A DNA stretch of 64,000 bases from Octopus vulgaris (lineage: Eukaryota). The translations under genes and the position numbers were made by a program. The notes beneath the pieces are model-generated. The model saw nothing but the letters and a program-made list of their open reading frames with translations. It had not been told where the DNA came from and ran no database searches. Shown here in pieces: positions 1 to 10,954 of this stretch. The stretch is taken from NCBI GenBank assembly GCA_951406725.2, contig OX597815.1, positions 85,374,001 through 85,438,000 on the forward strand, in the 5' to 3' direction. Positions within the stretch are counted from its first letter, which is position 1, and each line of letters starts with the position of its first letter.

Positions 1-833
1 TATTATTTTATTTTACCTAACTTTTAGTTTACCTAACTTTCGAAATAATCTTTTCTCCGATATACACGAGGTCAGAATTTTAGAAACGACGGGTTTTAGT
101 CGATTTAAGTCGACAACGGCAAATTCTGAGAATAAAAATGCGAGATTAGATTGATTGAAATGAGATATAACTCATTAATGTATATTGTTAAAAAATATTT
201 TTTAATCATTGAAAATTTTCATATCTTGAAGAAAAATTATTTTTATCGTTGACCCGGTTTTAGAATAGAATCACTTCCCTTGTGTTGTTAACCTAGAAGA
301 GCGACACAAATTATTTGAGTTTCTATTGTTTTTCAAATAGAATAAATGGAAACAAAAATTGCTTCCAACTACTTGTCTCTGCCATTTTTGAGAAAACGAA
401 GTATATATTTCTTATAAATAGGTAGTTATTCGTAATTGGGACCGTTTAGTTCAACCCTGATCTTGCTGACGTATGATCAAACACATTCACACCGTGATTA
501 TCCCATGCATTTAAGCCTATGTAGGACTACATTATGTAACGTGAGCTTCTTTTATCAATAGTATAAGATTTGAGGGAGATCTGAATGTTAATTTGTCGCA
601 AGTTCAGCGATTGCTGAACTTGGAAATCTCACACCTCGTCACGCAATGAGAAAAATATGTTACCATTACAAAATATTAAATAGATAAAAACAGAAAAAAT
701 GCTACAGGGTTTATTGACAAAAGTAAACGGACAATATCAGTAAAATATAATGTTATAAATGTTTTGGGTCACCTCAAAATTTGTTAGAGGCAAAATCCTA
801 GTATTTCCAGCTGTGTTATATAATTCACACGCG

Positions 834-871
<38 letters not shown>

Positions 872-876
872 GTGTT

Positions 877-1064
877 GAAAATGCACTGAGATTCGTTTAG
901 ATTTTTTACTTTAAAGAGTTAACCGGTTTCACACAGACATGGAGTGCAGCATAGTTCCACGTCTTTCTATCTCTACTTTTAAAAATCAAAGAAATCTGTG
1001 AAACCGGTTAAGTCTTTAGAAATTTTTGAATAGAAAAAGTCTAAAGAAATCTCAGTGCACTTCA
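877..1064. mobile_element. Small palindromic MITE inserted in a (TA)n tract
   Basis: Inverted termini tgcactgagattcgtttaga / tctaaagaaatctcagtgca, plus an inner inverted pair ttaaccggtttcaca / tgtgaaaccggttaa; (TA)n on both sides. Confidence 0.65.
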
Positions 1065-1086
1065 TTTATATATATATATATATATA

Positions 1087-1290
1087 TTCTTTTATTTGTT
1101 TCAGTCATTTGACTGCGGCCATACTGAAGCACCGCCTTTAGTCGAAGAAATCGACCCCCAGGACTTATACTTTGTAAGCCTATACTTATTCTATCGGAAT
1201 ATTTTGTCGAACTGCTAAGTTACGGGGACGTAAACACACCAAGGTTGTCAAGCGATCATGGCGTCGAGGAGATACAAACTCAGACACACA
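1087..1290 (-). mobile_element. tRNA-derived SINE family A, 3' half
   Basis: Matches the 3' half of the copy at 15262-15668 (gtcatttgactgcggccat..gcaccgcctttagtcga..cggggacgtaaacacacca). Confidence 0.75.
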
Positions 1291-1339
1291 AACATATGTA
1301 TATATCCCGTTCCAGTAGGCTAGCAGGAACCCTAACCCT

Positions 1340-1340
<1 letters not shown>

Positions 1341-1428
<88 letters not shown>
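1341..1428. repeat. (TA)n microsatellite, one of many in the window
   Basis: Seen directly; similar tracts near 837, 3512, 13262, 14982, 15679 and 41199. Confidence 0.95.
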
Positions 1429-1431
<3 letters not shown>

Positions 1432-3508
1432 TGTAAACATAAATCCAAAAAAAGCACACTCTAAGTTATAGAGCAGTATGTATTAAAAGTTAGATAAGGC
1501 TGGTTTATGAGATTACCTTAGATTTCACGTCCTTAAGTGGCTTGGCTTTATGGCGTATCATCAGATCCCAAAACTTGTTGGCTAAAGGCCTCTCTAACAA
1601 GTGGCCTTTCTAGGATATGGGGGAGGAAATGGCCTCATTACTAAATGTCAACAAAGGGGATTGTCTCTTCTTGGCTATCAATCGCCGATGTCAACAATAG
1701 GGGTTGTGTTCCTTTGTCTATCGATCACCCGTGGCCCGGTTATCCCGTGGGTTCCAATAGGTTAGCAGGAATTTCCTGAAATGTAAACGCAGTCCGAAGA
1801 CCTTCGTTCTGGAATTCAAGATGTTTCCTGGGTCGAGGGAGTCCTTTAGGATCCTCACCCGTTCCGCTATGCATAATTTACAGAGTTTGATTCCGTTAAT
1901 GTAGGGGCCTGGATTCTCTAGGATTCTCCATGATGTGTATGGAATCCCGTCGTCTATTAGCTGCCATACATGGCTGGCTAATGACGTGACGAATCTCCTT
2001 TCCGGTATCCTGACAGGGGATCTGTGGTTGGAGAGGCGTCGTTTGAACAAGTTCCCGGAACAGCCGATGTATCTCCGTGGTTGCTCGTTGGCGGTGGTGC
2101 ATCTATTGGTGTTGGCGTCACTGTCACCGCTGTTGGTGCTGGCGCTGGAGTCACTGGAGGTGGTGATGGTGTTGGTGCCGCCACTGCCAGTGTTGGCAAA
2201 GGTGCTGTTGTTATTATGGCTATCACCGTTGATGGAGGCACTGTCATTGCAGTTGTAGATATCATTGGTGATGTTTCTGCTGTTATTCCGTTAGGGATAC
2301 TGCCGTTGCTGTTATTGTTGTTATTACTGGCGATGGTACTGCCGCTGCCGCTGCTGCAATTGGAACTGCCGGGCCTGCTGCTGTAGACGTAGCCATTAGG
2401 GAAGCTGCTGTTTTCGTTAGGAGTACTGCCATTGCTGTTGTTAATGTTGTTGCTGGCGATGGTGCTGTTGGTTCTCTTCGCGTTTCTGCTGTTGCTACTA
2501 TTGGTACTGACGTCCCTGCTACTGTGGTCACTGTTAGAGGAGCTGCTGATGTTGCTGTTGCTGTTAGGGTCGGCAAGTACCTCGGCTTTATAGATGACTC
2601 CCTTGGTTTCGCAGTGGCCCCTCACTGGGCATCTGTTGCGGTCCCTGCATGAACAGCCTGCCTTCGCTTGTAGTCTAGAGGTGCTAACTAGAATGCTCTT
2701 AATATTGGGGGCATAGACGACTCCCTTGGTTTCGCAGTGGCCCCTTACTGGGCATCTGTTGCGGTCCCTGCATGAACAGCCTGCCTTCGCTCGTGGTCTA
2801 GAGGTGTTAACTAGAATGCTCTTAATATTGGAGGCATAGCTAAAAGAGACCCGAAGGTTGTTCCTGTTGAGAATGAGTCCGTAGCTATGTGAACTAGTGA
2901 AATGTTTACTAACTTAAGGAATATCCTACCTACAAACATTAAGATAGTGGTGGTGGCGGGGACCAAATGATATTTCTGTGGTACTTCCTTCTACGGATGT
3001 TGATGCCTGGCATGTAGGAGATGTGGTCCCTAAACCCTCTAGCAGCTTGGGCCTCGCTATAATAGGGGGCTGCTGCATCAAAAATCTCTTGGCTGGAGAA
3101 AAGGTTCGTGATCCTCTTACTAACACCCTTCACCATGTTTTTAAACACGATGGGTGGGTGACAGGAGGCTGCATTGTTGTACTTTAGCTTCTCATTTAGC
3201 TTGCGGTAGGACCTGTATGAACCGGAGCCCAAGTCGAGCGTGATGTCTAAGAAGTCTGCGGTGGCGAGGTTGGTCTCGATGGTAATTTTTAATTCTATGG
3301 AGGTAAGTGTGCTAATTATATCTTTCCTAAGCCTGTCTAGTGTGTGGCCGTTTGCTCTTCAAAGATAGAGACCAAAGACGACAGAGGGGAACTTTTTCTT
3401 AAGAGTATCAAGGATATACGTCAGCGCTGTCATAGGGCCCCATCGCTACATCAAAGGAGCCCACGGGGTCGGATTGCTTGACCTAGGCCAAACCTTTATT
3501 GAACAACA

Positions 3509-3510
<2 letters not shown>
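1432..3510 (-). mobile_element. Penelope-like retroelement (RT 3' part, CxCx5C linker, GIY-YIG endonuclease, pLTR), degenerate
   Basis: Minus-strand peptides ADFLDITLDLGSGSYRSYRK..CHPP (RT/thumb), GCSCRDRNRCPVRGHCETKGVIYKAEV, RYIGCSGNLFKRRLSNH and TSLASHVWQL..W.IL..CKLCIAE. Frameshifted. The CxCx5C linker points to the Naiad/Neptune-type group (family knowledge). Confidence 0.88.
1508..1570 (-). ncRNA. Type I hammerhead ribozyme motif in the Penelope pLTR
   Basis: Minus strand reads tgggat-CTGATGA-t-acg.ccataaag...cttaagg.a.cgt-GAAA-tc.taa.gG-TA-atctca: 6-bp stem I, intact core, 3-bp stem III, GUA cleavage triplet. Confidence 0.7.
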
Positions 3511-3571
<61 letters not shown>

Positions 3572-3572
<1 letters not shown>

Positions 3573-3728
3573 GACGGGCTTCTTTCAGTTTCTGTCTACC
3601 AGATCCACTCACAAGGCTTAGGTCGGCCCGAGGCTATAGCAGAAGACACTTGGCCAAGGTGTTACGCAGTGGGACTGAACCCGGAACTATGTGGTTGGGA
3701 AGCAAGCTTCTTACCACACAGCCACGCC
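3572..3728 (-). mobile_element. tRNA-derived SINE family A, 5' half
   Basis: Minus strand has an A-box-like tggctgtgtggtaag and B-box-like gggttcagtccc, followed by a CORE-like ccttggccaagtgtc. Confidence 0.75.
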
Positions 3729-3899
3729 AGATGTATTCGGTCAGTGAAGTTGAATGGTCCAGTTTAGAGTTTTTGAATGAGTGGACAAGCGTATAAAAGT
3801 GTCTCTTGGAATTGTTAACTCTAGTAGCTGCACTCGTAATTACTTGACACTTGCATACGATATTTTTAGCGAGACATTTTCCGTTTCATTGACAACTGT

Positions 3900-4590
3900 A
3901 GGTGGAGTCGGGTGTACATACATACATACATGATGGTCGCTTACTCATTGTCGAGTATGGCCATCGATTGAAGCAGTTTAGAATTGGTCTCATGTGTCAG
4001 CAGCACGGGTGTGACTTTTCAGGCCGGCAAGTGACCGAGGCTCTTTGGCACAAATGTTACATGCATGACTGCCATCAACAACAGGAACCACTTGTTGGTC
4101 ATCATACACTTTCATGTGTCGTTTCAAGCCTCCCGATGATAGACAAACCTTCCCGCATTCATGGCCTGTTGTTGTGCTGCGTATAGCGCAATCCAAGTCA
4201 ACTTTTTGTACTTGGTTTCTTTTGTGACCCTGAAGCAGACTTTTTCACAGTCATCGCATATTTGCTCATTCTGGTTATCCATATTTCCTGGAAATATCAC
4301 GTCTGCACTCTTTCTAACATCTCTCTTCAACTTTTCGTTATTTGTTTGAGCTATTTCAACGTTCTTACTTCTGACATGTATCGCTTTCCTCCATCTGGCC
4401 AGTTCAGTTGCAGTTTCATCCCAGTCCTTTTCCGAGATACTAGCTTTCTTCAATGATTTCATCCAATTTTTAAACCTTAGCTTATACTTAGTTGGACGCC
4501 TTCCACTCCTTAGGTCCCCACGCTTCGCAGTTCTGCAGTCTTCCATTCTCATAAAGTGAATCACCCATCGGAGTCGGTACGGCAAAATGA
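3900..4590 (-). mobile_element. RTE-clade LINE 3' fragment with C-terminal C2H2 zinc fingers
   Basis: ORFs 4124-4585 (RLRWV.H.MRMED..GRRP..KLRFK..W...A.....WRKAI) and 3990-4196 (ECGKVCLSSGGLKRHM, CNICAKEPRSLAGLKSH). Confidence 0.75.
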
Positions 4591-5965
4591 TTTACTCATT
4601 ACTTCAACAATGATCTATCCAACAAACAACATGATGAATAAGTCATATATATATATAAGATCTTCAGTAAAAATAACGGTACTTTTATAACGGTTATGAA
4701 CAGATAAATCCTGGTACAAAGGCGCAAAACCTTCTTCCTTTACATAAGTGTAATATCTTTATTGTTTCCTTTCTCAACGGCATGCGTGAGTTAAAGTCTT
4801 AGTTGCAGATGACAGGATGACTAAAATCCTTTAACTAGAATACACAGGAGCATAGTGGCAATCAGTTTGTCATCTTCGTATCAAATTAACACGCGCATGT
4901 TATTATGTTTAGATGTCAACAAGTGCAGACAACTCTGAGGGCGGACTCCGACATTAGGAAATCACGTCGGTTTTGTGGAAGCTGTGGAAACGGTTGATTG
5001 GTGTTTTGGTTAGCATGTGTGTTGCTCTCCATATTAAAACCAAGTCACCATTTGAAGTTTTCAATGAATTCATTTACTTCAATACATATGGAGATTAATT
5101 ACTGAGAGTGTTGAGCTGATTGCCTGGAGTACGTCTAGATACGTATATTTGGCTAGAAGTGTGAATGCATGCTGCCTAGAAATGAGATCCTTTTTCTGCG
5201 TTCATCTGTCCCCCTTTGAACTTATAATGGAAGGAATGTTTTTATGATACTTTGGGGATATCTTCTTCTTCTTCCATTATAATTATTCCGTTGATTCAAG
5301 GAGCTAGAAATACGAAGAATGAAGTTCTCAGGTGGAGTAAATTCAATAACCGTTTATTCACAGATGCTTCATACAAGGGGTTTGCTTTCAGCAACCATCT
5401 TCACAGCAGTGCGTAGTTAACCTTCTCTCCCATACACGTGAGGTTCAATAACCTCTGGAGACAATGCATGTGATATCACAGCGGGACAAAAGTCCGCTGT
5501 GAGCTCTTGGCTTTGAAGTCCTGCTCGGCGTCAGCGTGAGAAGAATTAGAGGGAAAATGTTGCCTTTTCCTTAAATAATGGTTGCAGGCGAGATCTCGTT
5601 TTTGTCTCGCATATGGCAATGGTTGCAGGCGAAATTTCACTGTTTCAAAATGACAGTCTTCTTTGTACCTCGCTACAGCCCCCCCCCACTTCCCTAAAAA
5701 CGCCAGTGCGAAAATAGAGAATAACTGGAGCAGGCACAAGAAAAGAGGAAAGATGGTAACCGATCGCAAACAACAAGATATGGTACAAAAATGTGACAAG
5801 TCAAAAAGAAAAATAATTGAAAGAAATATAAATTGGCATGCACAAAATTTGATAAAATGTTCAATAGCAGAGTATTGGAATTGTTCAGTAACACAAGAAA
5901 GCAATTGTCTGTCACAGGAAACACAAAAGAGATTGTCAGATATAAATAGTTTTGGTAAGCTTTTT

Positions 5966-6590
5966 GTGCCTGTACATCAATATGAAGTAGCGTAAGGAAT
6001 GGCTTAGTCCCGGTAAACCAGCGACACCGCGCGTGAAACAAGATCTTCATCTGCGTAAAACTATGTTGTGCGTATGGTGGGACTGGGAAAGGATTATCCA
6101 TTACAAATTGCTTGAACGGAACGCGGAATTCTGTGTTCAACAGATGGAACGACCCAACATGGCTATTCAAGAGAAAAGACCTAATCGGCAGCATGGAGTT
6201 CTGCTGCTGCACGACAACACCCGCCCTCATATCGCCAATATGACCAAGGAAGCCATTCAAACGCATGGCTGGGAAGTGCAGCTACACCCACCGTACTCTC
6301 TTGATTTGGCACAAACGGATATCCACCTCTTTCGATCTCTTTCAAACGCTATGCGCGGAGTTTCGTTCAATACCGAAGCAGAATTGAGAGCTCGGTTGGA
6401 TCAATTTTTTGAGTCGAAATCGGGTGATTTCTAGCAAAGAGGTATTGAAAATCTTGTTGAACGTTGGGAAGAAGTTGTAAACATAAGGGTGAATACATTA
6501 TTGATTAATTAGTTGTTATTTTTTATTGAAGCTTTTAAAAAATTTAAATTTAAAAAAGAAAACGGCCTGAACTTAGTTGTCAACCCAATA
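5966..6590 (+). mobile_element. 5'-truncated mariner (Tc1/mariner D,D34D) transposon
   Basis: ORF 6033-6434 KTMLCVWWD..LLLHDNTRPH..HPPYSLDLAQTDIHLFRSL; 3' TIR aacttagttgtcaacccaa followed by TA. Confidence 0.9.
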
Positions 6591-7134
6591 GAATGGATCT
6601 CGCCGAGAAACTGGAGTTGTCTGCGCAAATATCTAGAAGTACACGAATCAGTCACTGCCTGTGATAAGTTGGGCGCCAAAAACGGTTTTTATAAGAGACA
6701 AGCAGTCAAATTTTACAGTATTCGAGAAAACCATATCACGCCACAGTCTCGCGCTGATTAGTCGATTTATAGACCGATCACGTGAAACTGTGGTAGCTCA
6801 CTCGTGGTGTTCGACCGAGTATCAAGCAGTTAGATTCGAATCCCTGCAACAAGTAATCCCCTCCCAGTTCTTTACGTAAAAGAGAGAAGAACGAAATAAT
6901 AAAACAGAATTCAAATGGAAATATTATAATATGCCAACACAAACGCATTAAATACAGAATAAATGCCGAAAGAATGTATATGTAAATATGATGATTTCGT
7001 AAGATATGCAAAGTTCTGCAGTTTTTTCTTTTTTTTTTCTGGAACTGCAAAAAATAATTTTTTTTTTTGCGCTGGAGAAAAAACAACAACAAAAAACGAA
7101 AGTGTATCCAGAATGTAAAGCATTTATATGAAAA

Positions 7135-7348
7135 AGGGAGAGTGCTTTTGCTGCAGAAATTTCAGATCCATTGACATAACGTATATTCACAGTAAACTGT
7201 GAAATATAATCAAAGTGTTTGCTGTCTCTTGGGGAGTATTTATCCTTCTTGGATTATAAAGCGTAGGTTAGTGACTGGAGATCAGCATACACAGTGAAGG
7301 TTCTTCTTTCCAAGAAATGGCGTAAGTGCTTTACTGGGAAATAAAAAC
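7135..7348 (-). mobile_element. Ty3/Gypsy LTR-retrotransposon RNase H remnant
   Basis: Minus strand reads VKHLRHFLERRTFTVYADLQSLTYAL*SKKDKYSPRDSKHFDYISQFTVNIRYVNGSEISAAKALS, matching the Gypsy RNase H pattern (KHFR..LEGR.F..YTDH.PL; ..N..ADALSR). Confidence 0.75.
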
Positions 7349-7869
7349 TGCTGTTTTCCCACATTTGAGCAGGTAATTTGAAAGAACATAATTCAGTGAA
7401 TTTGTGTGCGTTAGTACTAAAACGGTTGCAACACGAACAAAATGTCGTGTCTCCCACGAGGACTGAATAAACGATTTCTTGAAATCCTTCGGCCTCAAGA
7501 ATTCGAGCGTGCAAAATCGAAGCAATTGCCATTGCGCGAGTCTGTCTGTTAGAGCCTAAATTTTGCATTCAGTCGCTTACGAAATAATGCCAGTTAGAGG
7601 AAATAGAAGTGTCGAAGGTAGGAGGATAAGTATCTGGATTTGAAGTATTTGAAGAGGAAATAGCCATTGAAATTGTCATATTTAAACGCCAATTACTTGG
7701 AATCGCGAGGGGATTTCCTTGTCACTTGTGTTGCGGGAAATGTATTGTTGCTAGACCTTTCTAGGGAAAAATTGCGTACTGCCTGACCGAGTATCTAGCG
7801 GTTAGTGTTCGAATCCCCGTTACAATAGTGGTGTACTTATTCTAAACCGTGGCTATAAACAACACACAG

Positions 7870-8128
7870 TGGAAGCGCAATGGCCCAGTGGTTCGGGCAG
7901 CGGACTCGTTGTTTCGATTCCCAGACCGGGCGTTGTGTGTTTATTGAGTGAAAACACCTAAAAGCTCCACGAAGCTCCGGCATGGGGTGGTGGCGACCCC
8001 TGTTGTCCTCTTTCGCCACAACTTTCTCTCACTCTTTCTTCCTGTTTCTGGGGGGAACACATACACAGACACTGGGCCCATGAGCCTGGCTAGGCTTGAA
8101 AAGGGCGCATAAATAAATAAATAATAAA
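7870..8128 (+). mobile_element. tRNA-derived SINE (family C)
   Basis: A box TGGCCCAGTGG, B box GTTTCGATTCC, (TAAA)n tail. Confidence 0.7.
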
Positions 8129-8151
8129 CGACACACATATGTAAATATGTA

Positions 8152-8190
<39 letters not shown>

Positions 8191-8289
8191 GTAATTTGCA
8201 GTCGTCGTGATTATGACTGTATATGGCTTTGGCAAGACTTGATCAGCTTTCTCTATACTGGTTGGTTTTTCGCTTGAAATTGCCATTTA

Positions 8290-9765
8290 TTATGATGAAT
8301 TTCTTCCCACTTCATATTCCTTTTGGCAGTATCTTTGAATTTCAGGCTAGGTCTTCCATGATTTCTTTTCCTTTTGCATAGTTGGGTATAAAGGAGTTGC
8401 CTGGGTAGTCTGCTATTCTCCATCCTGTGTACGTGTCCCAGCCAACGTGAATTTTATTCAATAGCAGGCAGACCAGCACACAGTAGGATCTCTTCATTCA
8501 TGATGTTATCAAACAGAGTGATATTTATTATTTGTCGTACATGTCTCATCATATATATTAACTTGTCTACTTGAGCTGTATAGACAGTCCAAGTTTCAAC
8601 ACCATACAGTAGCGAAGAAAACACCATCAACTGGTATACCTTACATGCTTATTTTTCCACAGCCTCTCCTGCAGTCTGCCAAACGAAGCACTTGCTCTGC
8701 TCATTTTGTATGAGATTTCCTAGTCGAGTCGTGCGTTATCTAAGATGATACTGCCTAGGAATTTGAATGCTGGGCCAGCCTCCCATGTCTAATAGTGATG
8801 TTGGATCTTTTCCTTTTGAACGGCACTTTGTAACATAATTTCTAGGTAACTAAACACTTTTAAACTTCGTATACTGGTAGAATGTGTTTATAAAACATCA
8901 TTTTCTCTTGGCTTTATTGAGAAAATTCTATATGTTGTAACATATTTCGTCTTTAATTTCGAGCATTTCGGCAATTTTAACCAATCGCTGACCTCCATTT
9001 AGGTAAAGAACATTCTGTGCATAATGAATATGTCCCTCCTTTAAGAAACAGATAGGGTTTATTTACATTTGTGAAGAAAAAAAGATACCCTTCCCCAACC
9101 CCTAACCCTAAATGTAAAATAGATTAAAATGCAATAGATCGATACTAGGGCCATAATTATGGGTGACATTTTCATTTGACACCGCTAGAAAAAAATCCCA
9201 TTTTCCATAGCGGTGTCGTATGAAATTGTCACCCATAATTATAACCCTAGTATCGATCTATTGCATTTCAATCTATTTTAGATTTAGGGTTAGTTAAGGT
9301 TAGGGTTAGGGGTGGGGGAAGGGTATCTTTTTCCTCACAAATGTAAATAAACCCAATCTGTTTCTTAAAGGAGGGACATATTCATTATGCACAGAATGTT
9401 ATTTACCTAAACGGAGGTCAGCGATTGGTTAAAATTGCCGAAATGCTCGAAATTAAAGACGAAATATGTTACAACATATAGAATTTTCTCAATAAAGCCA
9501 AGAAAAAATGATGTTTTATAAACACATTCTACCAGTATACGAAGTTTAAAAGTGTTTAGTTAACTAGAAATTGTGTTGAAAAGTGCCGTTCAATAGGAAA
9601 AGATCCGTGATGTTTTCTTCTGTTACAAAGGTAGGTAGGTTCCCCACAGTTTGGTGAAGGTATTCGACTTTCTGATGTTAATTTTTAATCTGGATTGTTC
9701 TGCAGCTCTGACAAAGTTATCTACCAGTTTCTGCATATCTTCAGCGCTGTTGGCATACATCTCTC
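8290..9765 (-). mobile_element. Degenerate RTE LINE fragment split by a foldback element
   Basis: Minus-strand peptides FKFLGSII, RASASFGRL and RWLGHVHRMENSRLPRQLLY..GRP..KFKD; the sequence resumes after the 8-bp TSD at 9607. Confidence 0.7.
8803..9606. mobile_element. 804-bp foldback non-autonomous DNA transposon, Merlin-like
   Basis: Near-perfect ~390-bp inverted arms with termini GGATCTTTTCC/GGAAAAGATCC; 8-bp TSD GTGATGTT at 8795-8802 and 9607-9614; internal TTAGGG-like repeats. GG termini with an 8-bp TSD fit Merlin (inference). Confidence 0.85.
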
Positions 9766-9825
9766 TCTCTCTCTCACTAGGGTCTTTGTAGTGCGCGTCT
9801 TTGCTTTATACTGTCTATCATGCAT

Positions 9826-10370
9826 TCCTATACAAATGTGCCTCCCCGCCCACGCACACAATTTGTTTCTTCATAACTTCAAGAAAAATGGATGTCTTTT
9901 AATGAAATTTTCGACAAGCATCTTTTATATGTCGTAGATTTCGATTACATCGGAATTTACTGTGAAAAAAGAAAAAAATTTGTGGGCGCGCACACATAAC
10001 AATTTTTACAAAACTTCAAATTCTATTTTGTAGAAAATATGTAATGTGTGAAATCAGTATGCATGTACACGCGCTCACCAATTTTTTTCTCCACATTAAA
10101 TTTCAATATATTCGTAATCTACACCATCATAAAAAAAAATACCCATTTTTCTGAGAAAGTTATGAGGATATAAAACCGACTCACGTGAATTTTCCTAAAC
10201 TCTACTCCCCCATCACATTGGAAAATATTTTCCACAAGAAATCAAGATATAATCGGAACCAACACTATCTAAAACGTATTTGTAGGAAATTTCATTAAAA
10301 AATATCGATTTTTCTGAAAGTTATAAGGAAACAAAGTCGGAGTGCATATGTGTTTCTATGCCCCTCCAAC
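9826..10370. mobile_element. MITE-like repeat (family also at 12758-13260)
   Basis: Inverted ends tttgtttcttcataactt / aagttataaggaaacaaa, with internal subrepeats shared with the intron 1 copy. Confidence 0.55.
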
Positions 10371-10401
10371 ACCACAAGTATGTGTGTATATATATATATC
10401 G

Positions 10402-10556
10402 TTTGTAAAAACCATAAATCCGAAAGAAGAAACAAACTCTAAGATGTAGAGCAGTATATATTTTTAAGCGGTCATGGGCCAACAGGTTTTTGGGATCTGA
10501 CCATAAGCCATAAAGCTAAACCCTTTATGGACGGGAAACCTATGGTAAACCATTTT
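10402..10556. mobile_element. Penelope pLTR fragment with an internally inverted, degenerate hammerhead copy
   Basis: 10402-10468 matches 1433-1489 on the same strand; 10478-10552 matches the reverse complement of 1508-1583 (core CTGACCA..GAAA cc.tat.gGTA). Confidence 0.65.
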
Positions 10557-10571
10557 TAATATATATATATA

Positions 10572-10950
10572 CTAGCAGTATCGCCCGGCGTTGCTCGGGT
10601 TTGTAAGGGAAATAACTATATAAGCATTTTTAGAGATGTAAAGTATAATAGCCATCTCAATATGGCTAACCACAAAGGGGGGGGGTTACTGTAGCTTTTT
10701 ACGTTCTGAGATTTAATAATAAATTTTTAGAGAGTTACTTCCCTTATATATGCCAAAAATGCATTAAAAATGGGAAAAATTGATGGTAAATTTTTTTTAA
10801 AATCGTAGACGCGCGCTAATACCCAGAAGGGTTCAATATTAATCACGACTATAAGATACCCGGTTTCGGTTAAACTGCATCGCAAAATGTGGGAGTAGTT
10901 AGGAATCTAAATCGTAGGAGACAGACAGCACACAACCTCACTTTTATATC
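10572..10950 (-). mobile_element. Non-autonomous Helitron, copy 1
   Basis: Minus-strand 3' end cccgagcaacgccggg hairpin, then cgatactgCTAG; both ends shared with the adjacent copy. Confidence 0.75.
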
Positions 10951-10954
10951 TATA

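Noticed and set aside
1-400. Possible first exon/promoter of a neighbouring minus-strand gene (aaaATGGC at ~385, ag|gtaaac-like donors near 16-33, CpG-retaining)
   Set aside because: The ATG frame stops after 20 codons with no recognisable protein; cannot be supported without sequence beyond the window or transcript data.
1186-1440. ORFs with YIYIYI / HTHTHT runs (also 3474, 15427, 25166, 41187)
   Set aside because: Translations of (TA)n/(CA)n microsatellites and SINEs, not genes.
1978-2625. 215-aa Ser/Asn/Thr/Pro-rich ORF as a mucin-like host gene
   Set aside because: It lies inside the Penelope endonuclease, begins with its GIY motif, and has no independent gene structure.
1860-2790. Selenocysteine (UGA) recoding, as reported for some Naiad Penelope elements
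   Set aside because: The conserved Cys codons in the linker and CKLC motif that I read are TGT/TGC, not TGA.
9100-9320. TTAGGG/CCCTAA repeats as an interstitial telomere
   Set aside because: Only a few units, placed symmetrically inside the arms of a transposon with a TSD.
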